Shown piece by piece: positions 9,806 to 19,690 of a DNA stretch of 64,000 nt (position 1 is its first letter; each line of letters begins with the position of its first letter). Both the position numbers and the translations under genes were made by a program. Under the pieces are notes generated by a model. The model saw only the letters and a list, made by a program, of their open reading frames with translations, made no database searches and was not told where the DNA came from. Source of the stretch: Terracidiphilus sp. (GTDB lineage Bacteria > Acidobacteriota > Terriglobia > Terriglobales > Acidobacteriaceae); the NCBI GenBank assembly GCA_036519195.1, contig DATDLS010000572.1, positions 29,390-93,389 on the forward strand, read 5' to 3'.

Positions 9806-10717
9806 TCAGTGGAGTTCCGCCTTCTCTCGAATGTGCGACGCGTTCGCATCCACCAGGTCTAAGAAAGAGCGAAGGACGACCGACGGTCTCTCCTTCTTCC
9901 ATGCCACGACAAGTTCGACGCGCACATCATCGGGTTGTAAACGATAGAACTGCACACCATTAGACCAAAGCTTCCTGGCACTCGCAGGCATAATGGAAAC
10001 GCCCTCCTCCGCTTCTACCAGCGAAAGTACCGTCTGCCACCGGTCTGCCTCATACTCAACTCTGGGAGAGAAGCCGGCATCATTGCACATTCCCATGATC
10101 GTGTCAAAGATCCCCGGTGCGCCTTCGCGATGATAAAGCACGAAACACTCATTAGCGAGATCCGCAATGCGCACCCGCTTCGTCGTTACCTTTCTCGATG
10201 CAGGCAGGACTGCAAGCATCGGATCGCAATAGAGGCATCGCGATGAAAGTGTCTTGCTTCTATCGGCCGTAAGAGTTCTGGTGAAGCCGACATCGATCGA
10301 TCCCTTGTCGAGGGCGTCCTCCTGCCACTGAGGATAGAGTTCCTGCAACGTCAGCTTCACACCCGGATATTGCGCTTTATAGCTGCGTACAAGCTCCGGA
10401 AGAAACTCGTGGGTGGCCGTACCGAGAAAGGCGATCGAAAGCTTTCCAATCTCTCCCTTCGCAGCTCGTTTGGCAGTGTTGATAGCCGACTCCGCCTGCA
10501 CAAGCGTACGCACCGCCTCCGTGTAAAAGACCTCCCCTTCTGGAGTGAGTTGCGCCGTCCGGCCAACTCGTGAGAACAGTTTGAGATCGAGTTCCCGTTC
10601 CAGGTCCGCAACGGTCTCACTGATGGAGGGCTGCGCAATGTGAAGATGCCGCGAAGCCTCGCGATAGCCCTTCCATTGCACAACTGCCGTGAAGTACCGA
10701 AGGTGTCTCAGCTCCAT
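9806..10717 (-). CDS. LysR family transcriptional regulator
   Basis: MELRHLRYF...LHIAQPSIS...LERELD HTH followed by a substrate-binding domain. Confidence 0.95.
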   Translation of the reverse strand: MELRHLRYFTAVVQWKGYREASRHLHIAQPSISETVADLERELDLKLFSRVGRTAQLTPEGEVFYTEAVRTLVQAESAINTAKRAAKGEIGKLSIAFLGTATHEFLPELVRSYKAQYPGVKLTLQELYPQWQEDALDKGSIDVGFTRTLTADRSKTLSSRCLYCDPMLAVLPASRKVTTKRVRIADLANECFVLYHREGAPGIFDTIMGMCNDAGFSPRVEYEADRWQTVLSLVEAEEGVSIMPASARKLWSNGVQFYRLQPDDVRVELVVAWKKERPSVVLRSFLDLVDANASHIREKAELH

Positions 10718-11035
10718 GAATGATCGTCCTTTCCTATCAGATTGATTGGAACATACGATGGATCGTTTCCTCGTCCAGAAAATCTACCTCTGTGTACGGC
10801 GATAAATTGCTGGGCTAAGGAGCAAGACATCTCGGAGCAACGCTACGGAGACCCTCTGGGTTGATCTGGCTTGAAGCATCCGCATCGCCTAAGTGCAAGA
10901 TGTTTTCAACATGCATCTCGATTCCGATTAGGTCGTCGAGACGTTGAAAAAACTGCACAGTTAACAGCTGATCACTCCCGGAAAGCTGGCTGACCCGCCT
11001 TTTGGCTCGCGACCGCCATGCACTGAGGTAATGCC

Positions 11036-11698
11036 ATGTTCTGGGCCACACAAGTCACATTGCCAATTGAGGTAGCTGGAGTTCGCATCCCCAATACCTC
11101 ACTCGCCAACGAAGCGACTCAATTCGTGAGCGGAGTCACGCCTCTTTGGCTCCTGAACCCCCTGCTGCGCACATACGATTTCGCCGAATTGCTGGGCCGT
11201 AGCAGCGCGATGAAGTACGACTCGGAGCTGCTTTATCTCGGCGCCATGATGCACGACCTCGGCCTCACCGATGAATTCGCCGGCATACAACGCTTTGAAC
11301 TCGATGGGGCAGACGCTGCAAGCCGCTTCCTGCAAAAGCACGGCGTTTCAAAGCGCAGGATCCAGCTGGTCTGGGACTCTATAGCATTTCATACGCTGCG
11401 ATGGATCTACGATCGGATGCGCGCGGAAGTTGCTCTCGTAGGCTATGGCGTTCTTGCCGACACCATAGGTACCGGGATCGACAAGCTCTCCGCAAAGCAG
11501 GTGCGAGAAGTGCTCGAGACTTGGCCAAGGCATGGTTTCAGGTATGCCTTTCCACAGCTGGTTGCAGAGATCGTTGGGCGCAAACCGGAAACAGCCGCAG
11601 GAAGTTTCGCGGCAGATGTTCTTCGGCAGCGTGGAATCGAGGTCCCCAATATTTTTAAGGACATGGATCTCGCTGCCTTCGAAGGCCGATCGGGATGA
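11036..11698 (+). CDS. HD-domain protein (cyanamide-hydratase-like subfamily)
   Basis: ELLYLGAMMHDLGL, RFELDGADAA, VWDSIAFHT motifs. Confidence 0.8.
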   Translation: MFWATQVTLPIEVAGVRIPNTSLANEATQFVSGVTPLWLLNPLLRTYDFAELLGRSSAMKYDSELLYLGAMMHDLGLTDEFAGIQRFELDGADAASRFLQKHGVSKRRIQLVWDSIAFHTLRWIYDRMRAEVALVGYGVLADTIGTGIDKLSAKQVREVLETWPRHGFRYAFPQLVAEIVGRKPETAAGSFAADVLRQRGIEVPNIFKDMDLAAFEGRSG

Positions 11699-11852
11699 AC
11701 CTTCGCAAGAAATTACGAGCTATTCCGACACGAAACTAAGCATTTTATCAAACACCGTCTTACAGAACGCATTGACCGCGGCAAAACTTCCCCTCATGCC
11801 ACTCAGACGTTGACGTGATCGAGAAGACGCGAAGAAAACCGAGGAGACTGAA

Positions 11853-14800
11853 ATGTGGATCATCAAAATCGCGCTAGAAAGACCTTATACGTTTATCGTT
11901 CTGGCGCTTCTCATTCTCATTCTGAGTCCGGTAATGATTTTTAGGACTCCGACGGACATCTTCCCGAGCATCAATATTCCGGTCGTCGCTGTGGCCTGGA
12001 CTTACACAGGGTTGAGTCCAGAAGAGACCGAGGGACGGATTACCACAGTTTATGAGCGCATTCTAACGACGACAGTCGACAATATTGAGCACATCGAGTC
12101 CACTACGGTCAACGGAACTGCGATCGTTAAGATTTACTTACAGCCGACCGCCAGCATCGATCGGGCGAATGCGCAGATTACCGCAGTTTCGCAGACGATC
12201 CTTCGTCAATTGCCTCCCGGCTCTCTGCCCCCTCTCATCGTGAACTATAACGCGTCCACGGTTCCGATCCTGCAGCTTGGCCTCTCCGGAAAAGGACTGA
12301 CCGAGCCACAGCTGAATGACATTGCGCTGAACTTCTTGCGCACTCAGCTGGTCACCGTTCCTGGTGCATCGGTTCCTTACCCCTATGGTGGAAAATCGCG
12401 CCAGGTAATGGTCAATCTCAACCCGGGCCTGTTGCAAGCCAAAGGGCTGTCGCCGGCCGCTGTGCTGACGGCCTTGGGGACCCAGAACCTCATCCTGCCC
12501 GGCGGAACAGTAAAAGTGGGGCAATTTGAGTACGACGTTGACTTGAATGCAGATCTAAAGAATGTTCAGGAGTTTAACAACCTGCCGATCAAGACCGTCG
12601 GAGGCACTGTCATCTACCTTCGCGACGTGGCGACGGTTAGCGACGGCTTTGCGCCGCAGACGAATGTGGTTCGGCAGGACGGCAATCGCGGTGCGCTGGT
12701 AACAGTGCTCAAGGCCGGAGATGCCTCAACCCTCGACGTCGTCAAAGGCGTCCGGCAGATTCTTCCGCGCGTAGCCCAGACGCTTCCGCCCGAGCTGAAG
12801 ATCCAGCCCCTTTCCGATCAATCGATCTTCGTGCGCGGCGCGATCAACGGCGTGATTCGAGAAGCGGTGATTGCTGCCGCGCTTACCGGCCTAATGATTC
12901 TCGTCTTTCTGGGAAGCTGGCGCAGCACTGTGATCATAGCCATCTCCATCCCACTCTCTATTTTGACCTCCGTCATGGTTTTGAGCTTTCTGCACGAAAC
13001 CATCAATATTATGACGCTCGGTGGGCTGGCGCTGGCCGTTGGAATTCTCGTTGATGACGCAACCGTCACCATCGAAAACATTGAACGGTACTTTGAGGAG
13101 GGCGCTGAGTTGCACGAAGGCATCCTCGAAGGAGCGGGACAGATTGCCGTTCCTGCTCTGGTTTCAACGCTGTGCATCTGCATCGTCTTTCTTCCCATGT
13201 TCTTCCTCAGCGGCGTAGCGCGCTTCCTGTTTGCCCCTCTCGCCGAGGCCGTCATCTTCGCGATGATTGCCTCCTACATTCTGTCACGCACTCTGGTGCC
13301 TACACTGGCGATGTACTTGTTGAAGGCTCACAAGCACAGAGGCGCGGCCTCGCGCAGCCCGTTCGCTCGCTTCCAGAAGGGTTTCGAACGCCTGTTTGAG
13401 AGTGTGCGCTCGTCGTATTCTTCCTTGCTCGCGCGGCTTGTCTCGGCTCGAGTGTTCTTTATTCCTGTTTTCCTTGTCACCTGCCTCCTGGCCTTCCTAC
13501 TGATTCCGTTCCTTGGGCAGGATTTCTTTCCTGATACCGATAGTGGCCAGTTCATCCTGCACGTGCGCGCAAAGACGGGAACGCGCATCGAAGAGACCGC
13601 GCGCGTGGCGGATCTAATCGAAGGCAGGATCCGTGAGACGATTCCATCGGCGGAGATGGACAATATTCTCGATAACATTGGCCTGCCCTACAGCAACATC
13701 AACTACATTTACAACCGCTCGGGACTCACGGGTGCAGCCGATGCGGACATCCTCGTTTCGCTCAAGGAGAAGCACCACCGGACCGAGGACTACGTGCGGA
13801 CGCTTCGCACCAAGCTTCCCGGCGAGTTTCCCGGAATCACCTTCTATTTCCTGCCGGCCGACATTGTCACGCAGACGCTCAACTTCGGTCTCCCAGCACC
13901 AATCGACGTACAGATCGACGGTCCTGACGTCGCCGCGAATCAGCGCGTGGCGGAAAAGATGCTTAGCGAACTCAGTCATGTCCGCGGCATTGCCGATCTG
14001 CGCATCCAGCAGCAATCCGACTATCCCAAGTTCCACATCGAAGCAGATCGCACAAAGGCTGCTCAGGGAGGATTTACTGAAAGCGACATCGCCAACAGCG
14101 TTCTGATCTCTCTCAGTGGCAGCTTCCAGGTAACGCCGGAGTTCTATCTCAACCCGAAGAACGGTGTCAACTACAACCTGGTTACACAAACTCCCCAATA
14201 CGATATCCAGTCTAGTCAGGACCTTCAAAACATTCCAATCAGCGGTCCAAACCAGAAACGGCCGGCAATACTGGCCGATGTTGCATCAATTCAGAGAACC
14301 AGTGAATTGGGATCAATCAATCATTACAATATCCGCCGTGTGGTCGATATCTATGCGGCCGTACAGGATCGCGATCTAGGCTCGGTGGGCCGCGAAGTAA
14401 ACCGCATTGTTGACTCCAACCGCAAGCTGCTTCCGCGTGGGAGCTTCGTCACGACGCGCGGTCAGTACGGCACCATGCGCACCTCTTACGTTGGCCTGAT
14501 CGGCGGCCTCGGCTTTGCGATCATTTTGGTGTACCTGCTCATCGTGGTCAATTTTCAGTCGTGGCTTGACCCTTTCATCATCATTACCGCGCTTCCAGCT
14601 GCGCTGGCCGGAATTGTTTTGTTTCTTTTTGTCACACACACTACCCTCAGCGTTCCCGCTCTTATGGGCGCCATCATGTGCATGGGAGTCGCCACAGCCA
14701 ACAGCATCCTGGTTGTTGCCTTTGCCAAGGAGCGGCTGCTCCATCATGGAGATTCAATCATCGCCGCAATCGAAGCAGGGACTACCCGCTTCCGCCCGGT

Positions 14801-15032
14801 CATCATGACGGCGCTGGCCATGATTATCGGAATGATCCCGATGGCGCTCGGCCTCGGTGACGGAGGTGAACAAAATGCGCCTCTAGGCCGCGCTGTCATT
14901 GGAGGATTGCTCTGTGCCACTGTGGCCACACTAGTCTTTGTCCCGTCAGTGTTTGCCCTTCTGCACGGACGGACCACTTCGCCGGACGCACAACCGGTCT
15001 CAGCCCGAGATAACGAACCTATTCACGCGTGA
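11853..15032 (+). CDS. RND efflux permease (AcrB/CzcA superfamily)
   Basis: 1059 aa; TLGGLALAVGILVDDA, RFRPVIMTALAMIIGMIP, PLGRAVIGGL. Confidence 0.95.
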   Translation: MWIIKIALERPYTFIVLALLILILSPVMIFRTPTDIFPSINIPVVAVAWTYTGLSPEETEGRITTVYERILTTTVDNIEHIESTTVNGTAIVKIYLQPTASIDRANAQITAVSQTILRQLPPGSLPPLIVNYNASTVPILQLGLSGKGLTEPQLNDIALNFLRTQLVTVPGASVPYPYGGKSRQVMVNLNPGLLQAKGLSPAAVLTALGTQNLILPGGTVKVGQFEYDVDLNADLKNVQEFNNLPIKTVGGTVIYLRDVATVSDGFAPQTNVVRQDGNRGALVTVLKAGDASTLDVVKGVRQILPRVAQTLPPELKIQPLSDQSIFVRGAINGVIREAVIAAALTGLMILVFLGSWRSTVIIAISIPLSILTSVMVLSFLHETINIMTLGGLALAVGILVDDATVTIENIERYFEEGAELHEGILEGAGQIAVPALVSTLCICIVFLPMFFLSGVARFLFAPLAEAVIFAMIASYILSRTLVPTLAMYLLKAHKHRGAASRSPFARFQKGFERLFESVRSSYSSLLARLVSARVFFIPVFLVTCLLAFLLIPFLGQDFFPDTDSGQFILHVRAKTGTRIEETARVADLIEGRIRETIPSAEMDNILDNIGLPYSNINYIYNRSGLTGAADADILVSLKEKHHRTEDYVRTLRTKLPGEFPGITFYFLPADIVTQTLNFGLPAPIDVQIDGPDVAANQRVAEKMLSELSHVRGIADLRIQQQSDYPKFHIEADRTKAAQGGFTESDIANSVLISLSGSFQVTPEFYLNPKNGVNYNLVTQTPQYDIQSSQDLQNIPISGPNQKRPAILADVASIQRTSELGSINHYNIRRVVDIYAAVQDRDLGSVGREVNRIVDSNRKLLPRGSFVTTRGQYGTMRTSYVGLIGGLGFAIILVYLLIVVNFQSWLDPFIIITALPAALAGIVLFLFVTHTTLSVPALMGAIMCMGVATANSILVVAFAKERLLHHGDSIIAAIEAGTTRFRPVIMTALAMIIGMIPMALGLGDGGEQNAPLGRAVIGGLLCATVATLVFVPSVFALLHGRTTSPDAQPVSARDNEPIHA

Positions 15033-15060
15033 TCGCAACGAATGCGAAGGGAGACACACC

Positions 15061-16290
15061 ATGAACACCATCGAAGACAACTCATCTCAAGCTACTCTAA
15101 CCGATACGGAACGAGCTGCGCCGGTACCGTCAGGGCCGTCGTCCCGCTGGTTGCTGGTTGGCCTGGCGGCCGCAGTCCTTGTTCTCGGGATTGTCATCTC
15201 TTCGGGCATTCACGAGCGCGCCCAGGCGGAGAGCGCGCTGGGCGTTACCACGGAGCGAGCAGCTGTTCCCATGGTGGATATCGTCCATCCCTCATCGAGT
15301 GCTCAGTCCCAGGAGATCGTGTTGCCCGGCAACACGCAAGCCTTTAATGATACGCCCATCTATGCCCGCACCAACGGCTATCTTAAGCGTTGGTATGTGG
15401 ATATCGGAGCCCATGTGGCGCAAGGTCAGTTACTGGCCGAGATCGACACCCCGGAAGTTGATCAGCAACTGGAGCAGGCGCGTGCAGACCTGAAGAACGC
15501 CCAGGCGAACGAGCAACTGGCACAGATTACCGCAACGCGCTGGCAGAACCTGCTCAAGACAAACTCCGTCTCCAAGCAGGAGACCGATCAAGCTGTTCAA
15601 GATCTCAGCGCACGCCAGGCGTCTGTCGACTCCGGGACCGCAAATGTTCATCGGTTAGAGCAATTGCAGTCCTTCGAAAAGGTTTATGCGCCCTTCGCCG
15701 GCGTGATTACCGCCAGAAACACGGACATCGGCGCGCTAATCAATGCCGGAGCCGGGGGCGTGCCGCAAGAGCTATTCCACATGGCTGCGGTGAATACACT
15801 GCGCGTCTATGTCGCTGTGCCTGAAGTTGATTCGCAGGCCGCACAGACAGGAGCCAAGGCCACCCTCACGCTCGATGAATTTCCCGGCGAAAGCTTCCAG
15901 GGCACAATCGTTCGCGACTCCGATTCGATCGATCTGGCCTCGCGAACATTGAACGTCGAGGTCGATGTCGACAACGCGAAGAATCGCATCAGGACGGGGG
16001 CCTACGTCTTTGTGCATCTGAAGAGCCCGCACACTCCCCACACCTCCACTCAATCACTCACCATCCCAGCCAACACCCTGCTTTTTCGTTCAGAAGGTTT
16101 GCGCGTCGGTGTGGTTCGCAGCGGCCGAGCAGAGCTTGTTCCCATCACGATCGGTCGCGACTTTGGGGCCACAGTTGAGGTGGTCACCGGTCTTCAGCCA
16201 ACAGATCAGGTCATCGTCAACCCATCGGATTCCCTAACCAGCGGCAGACAGGTTCAGGTCAGTGCACCGCAGGCTGGAGGCTCGAAGTGA
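15061..16290 (+). CDS. RND periplasmic adaptor (membrane fusion protein)
   Basis: TM anchor, YARTNGYL, lipoyl-like halves, APFAGVIT. Start set at ATG 15061 after GGGAG rather than the longer ORF from 14938. Confidence 0.9.
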   Translation: MNTIEDNSSQATLTDTERAAPVPSGPSSRWLLVGLAAAVLVLGIVISSGIHERAQAESALGVTTERAAVPMVDIVHPSSSAQSQEIVLPGNTQAFNDTPIYARTNGYLKRWYVDIGAHVAQGQLLAEIDTPEVDQQLEQARADLKNAQANEQLAQITATRWQNLLKTNSVSKQETDQAVQDLSARQASVDSGTANVHRLEQLQSFEKVYAPFAGVITARNTDIGALINAGAGGVPQELFHMAAVNTLRVYVAVPEVDSQAAQTGAKATLTLDEFPGESFQGTIVRDSDSIDLASRTLNVEVDVDNAKNRIRTGAYVFVHLKSPHTPHTSTQSLTIPANTLLFRSEGLRVGVVRSGRAELVPITIGRDFGATVEVVTGLQPTDQVIVNPSDSLTSGRQVQVSAPQAGGSK

Positions 16291-17744
16291 AACGGCATTG
16301 CATCTTCGCTATTGCATTTTCTGTCACCCTGTCTCTCAGCGGATGTATGGTCGGTCCGAAGTATGTCAAGCCAACTGCGCCGACGGCGCCAGGATTCAAG
16401 GAACAGCCACCAGAGTCTTTTAAAGAAAGCGATGGTTGGAAAACAGCTCAACCAGGCGATCAAGCGCTGCGCGGCAAATGGTGGGAGACCTTCGGCGACC
16501 CCCAGCTCAATGCACTGGAAGAAGAGGTGGCAGTCTCTAACCAGGACCTGAAGGTTGCCGAGGCGCGGTTCCGCCAGGCACGGGCCATGATCCGCTTCAA
16601 CCGATCCGCGGAATTTCCGACAATCTCTACTTCGCCGAGCGTCGTCAATGAACGAGACTCAGCAAATCAGGCCTATTTTCCGCAGTCTTTGGCAAACAAT
16701 GGCACGGGATCCTTCACCTTGCCATTCGATCTCTCCTACGAAGTCGACTTATGGGGCAGGGTCCGCCGTACCGTGAGCGCGTCACGAGAGGAAGCTCAGG
16801 CCAGCGCAGCCGATCTTCAGACTGCCAATCTAAGCCTGCATGCCGAGTTGGCCGTCGACTACTTCGAGTTACGCAGCGCCGACGTACAGGAGCAACTTCT
16901 GAACGACACCGTGAAGGCTTATACCGACGCACTGCAACTCACGCAGAATCGCTTCGACGGCGGAGCTGCTCCCAAGTCCGATGTAGCACAGGCGCAAACA
17001 CAGCTTGATGGAGCACGAGTTCAGGATACCGACATTACTGTGATGCGCGCGCAATTCGAGCACGCCATCGCAACATTGATCGGCAAACCTCCCGCGCAAT
17101 TCAGTATCACGCCTGCGCCGAAAACCGCGCTCCTACTTCCTGTCATCCCGGTCGGCCTGCCGGCGAGTCTGCTTGAGCGCAGACCCGATATCGCCGCCGG
17201 CGAACGCCGCGTCGCAGAAGCAAATGACCAGATCGGCATAGCTCGCGCGGCATTCTTCCCATCACTGGTACTTGGAGCCGAAGGCGGATTTGCTGGAACC
17301 ACCATTACAAACTGGTTCAACTGGCCCAGCCGGATGTGGGCCGTTGGACCACAGATGTCGCAGACGATCTTCGATGCTGGACGCCGGCGCGCTGTCTCTG
17401 AAGGGGCAACCGCAAATTATGACGGCACGGTAGCTTCTTATCGGCAGACGACACTGACCGCCTTCCAGGAGGTAGAAGACAATCTCGCCGCATTGCGCAT
17501 TCTCGAGAAGGAGGCACAACAACAACGAGAGGCCACCAGCTCCGCCGAGGAATCACTCCAGCTCTTTACGAATCGATACGAGGGCGGCGTCGACAACTAT
17601 CTGCAGGTCATCACGGCACAAACAGTGCTGCTCGAAAATCAGCGCAATGACATTGACATTGAGCGGCGTCGCATGGATGCCAGCGTCCTCCTCGTCAAAG
17701 CCGTCGGTGGTGGATGGGACGCGTCGCAGTTGCCAAAGTTCTAA
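16287..17744 (+). CDS. Outer-membrane efflux lipoprotein (NodT/OprM family)
   Basis: Lipobox LSGC then MVGPKY, WWETFGDPQL, LLERRPDI, LVKAVGGGW; GTGA overlap with the MFP stop. Confidence 0.95.
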   Translation: MKRHCIFAIAFSVTLSLSGCMVGPKYVKPTAPTAPGFKEQPPESFKESDGWKTAQPGDQALRGKWWETFGDPQLNALEEEVAVSNQDLKVAEARFRQARAMIRFNRSAEFPTISTSPSVVNERDSANQAYFPQSLANNGTGSFTLPFDLSYEVDLWGRVRRTVSASREEAQASAADLQTANLSLHAELAVDYFELRSADVQEQLLNDTVKAYTDALQLTQNRFDGGAAPKSDVAQAQTQLDGARVQDTDITVMRAQFEHAIATLIGKPPAQFSITPAPKTALLLPVIPVGLPASLLERRPDIAAGERRVAEANDQIGIARAAFFPSLVLGAEGGFAGTTITNWFNWPSRMWAVGPQMSQTIFDAGRRRAVSEGATANYDGTVASYRQTTLTAFQEVEDNLAALRILEKEAQQQREATSSAEESLQLFTNRYEGGVDNYLQVITAQTVLLENQRNDIDIERRRMDASVLLVKAVGGGWDASQLPKF

Positions 17745-17768
17745 CGAGAAGTTCCGGAGAAGCACATT

Positions 17769-19157
17769 ATGACCAATCAACACTACGATCTGATTGTCAT
17801 CGGGAGCGGGCCGGCGGGGCAGAAGGGCGCTATCAACGCTGCGAAACTTGGGAAGCGGGTCGCCGTGGTTGAGCGTGACGGGATGATGGGCGGCGTTTCG
17901 GTCCACAGCGGCACCATTCCAAGTAAAACCCTGCGCGAGGCCGTACTCTATCTCACGGGCTTCTCCGAAAGGACGTTCTACGGACGAGATTATCGCCTCC
18001 GAAATCGGATTTCGATGGAAGAGCTCGCTAGTCGAGTGCAAATGATTGTTCGTCGCGAAACCCAGCTTGTGCGTTCACAATTTAACCGGAATCGCATCGC
18101 AGAACTTGATGGTACAGCGCGATTTCTTGATGCAAACACTCTGGAAATAACAAATGGAAGAGAAAGAACCACCATTCGCGGGGATCACGTCCTGATCGCC
18201 TGTGGCACTCGTCCGGCACGAAACCCTTTAATTCCTTTCGATGGGAAGCGCATCGTAGACACTGACCAGATCTCCGTGCTTTCCGATTTGCCACGGGAAA
18301 TCATCATTGTTGGCGGAGGAATCATAGGCTTGGAATATGCCTCGATGTTTGCCGCTCTCGACATCCGCGTGACAGTTGTTGAACAACACCCCCAGATTTT
18401 GGATTTCGTCGACAGGGAGATTGTCGAAGCGCTCTCGTACCGCTTGCGTGACCTCGAAGTGGTTTTTCGACTCGGGGAAAAAGTCGTCGCAGTCGAGATT
18501 GAGGCGGGCCGCAATCGAGTGGTTGCAAAGCTCGAGAGCGGCAAAGCCGTCCATGGGGACGCTCTTCTCTATTCAGTGGGGCGTCAAGGCAATACTGATA
18601 ACCTCAACCTATCGGCGGCCGGTCTCGAGGCAGACGAGCGGGGAAGGCTGAAGGTCAACGAATTCTTCCAGACCGTATCACCCCACATCTATGCCGCAGG
18701 TGACGTCATCGGACTTCCGGCTCTTGCATCCACTTCGATGGAGCAGGGACGGTTGGCGGCAGCTCACATGTTTGGAGCCCCATTTGTGCACGAAGCCAGT
18801 CTACTGCCATACGGAATCTACACCATTCCCGAGATCGCCACAGTCGGTCAGACTGAGGAGCAGTTGACGGCTGCCAAGATCCCATATGAAACAGGCCTTG
18901 CTCGTTACGAGGAACTGGCTAAGGCACAGATGTTGGGCGATGAGACAGGGCTCCTCAAACTGTTATTTCATTCAAAAACCTTCATGCTTCTGGGTGTCCA
19001 TGCCATCGGACAGAGGGCCACAGAAATCATTCACATCGGTCAAACGGTCATAGCTTTCGGGGGGACGATGCAGTACTTGCGGGATACCGTCTTTAACTAT
19101 CCAACGCTGGCCGAGGCCTACAAAGTAGCGGCCCTAAATGGTCTGAACAAGGTCTGA
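17769..19157 (+). CDS. sthA: Soluble pyridine nucleotide transhydrogenase
   Basis: GSGPAGQKGAINAAKLGK, GGVSVHSGTIPSKTLREA, LASTSMEQGR, FNYPTLAEAYKVAALNGLNK. Confidence 0.9.
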   Translation: MTNQHYDLIVIGSGPAGQKGAINAAKLGKRVAVVERDGMMGGVSVHSGTIPSKTLREAVLYLTGFSERTFYGRDYRLRNRISMEELASRVQMIVRRETQLVRSQFNRNRIAELDGTARFLDANTLEITNGRERTTIRGDHVLIACGTRPARNPLIPFDGKRIVDTDQISVLSDLPREIIIVGGGIIGLEYASMFAALDIRVTVVEQHPQILDFVDREIVEALSYRLRDLEVVFRLGEKVVAVEIEAGRNRVVAKLESGKAVHGDALLYSVGRQGNTDNLNLSAAGLEADERGRLKVNEFFQTVSPHIYAAGDVIGLPALASTSMEQGRLAAAHMFGAPFVHEASLLPYGIYTIPEIATVGQTEEQLTAAKIPYETGLARYEELAKAQMLGDETGLLKLLFHSKTFMLLGVHAIGQRATEIIHIGQTVIAFGGTMQYLRDTVFNYPTLAEAYKVAALNGLNKV

Positions 19158-19690
19158 TCACAGCGGGCGCTCGATGCAGTGGAACATCGTCTAGGCGCCC
19201 GAAGTCATTGCACGTCCGTAGGATCCGTGTTCGAGGACCAGCGATAGCAGGAGAAATCCTCTGCACCGCTGCGGGCTACTTCGGGAGCCGAGCCGCGGCT
19301 GAGGCAAGGACACGGAATGTTGGGACACTCAGCGGCGATTATCAGAAGAGTGAGCTATATCGTCAGCGCGATGCGCGATGCCGCGCATCAGGTCGTAGCG
19401 GACCTTGTTGTCGTAGAACGAACCCGTTCTGGCACAACAAGGTCTCGGAGTACAGGGAAGCATTTTGAAGATCGATTACGTCGCACCTCGTCTCTTTTTA
19501 ATGCCTGGTAGCGCGATCCGCTCACGGAACGCGATGACGGCTGAAGTCTTCGAGTTCAAAGAGCGTTGTACGGCATCCGCTCTTGTCGTCGTATGCGAAC
19601 ATTAAAGTGTCCTGATTCGTCAAAAATGTCAAGGACAATCCGAAATGCGATTCGGCGATGAGAGTATTCTGGGCTTAAGGAAGTGGCCTG

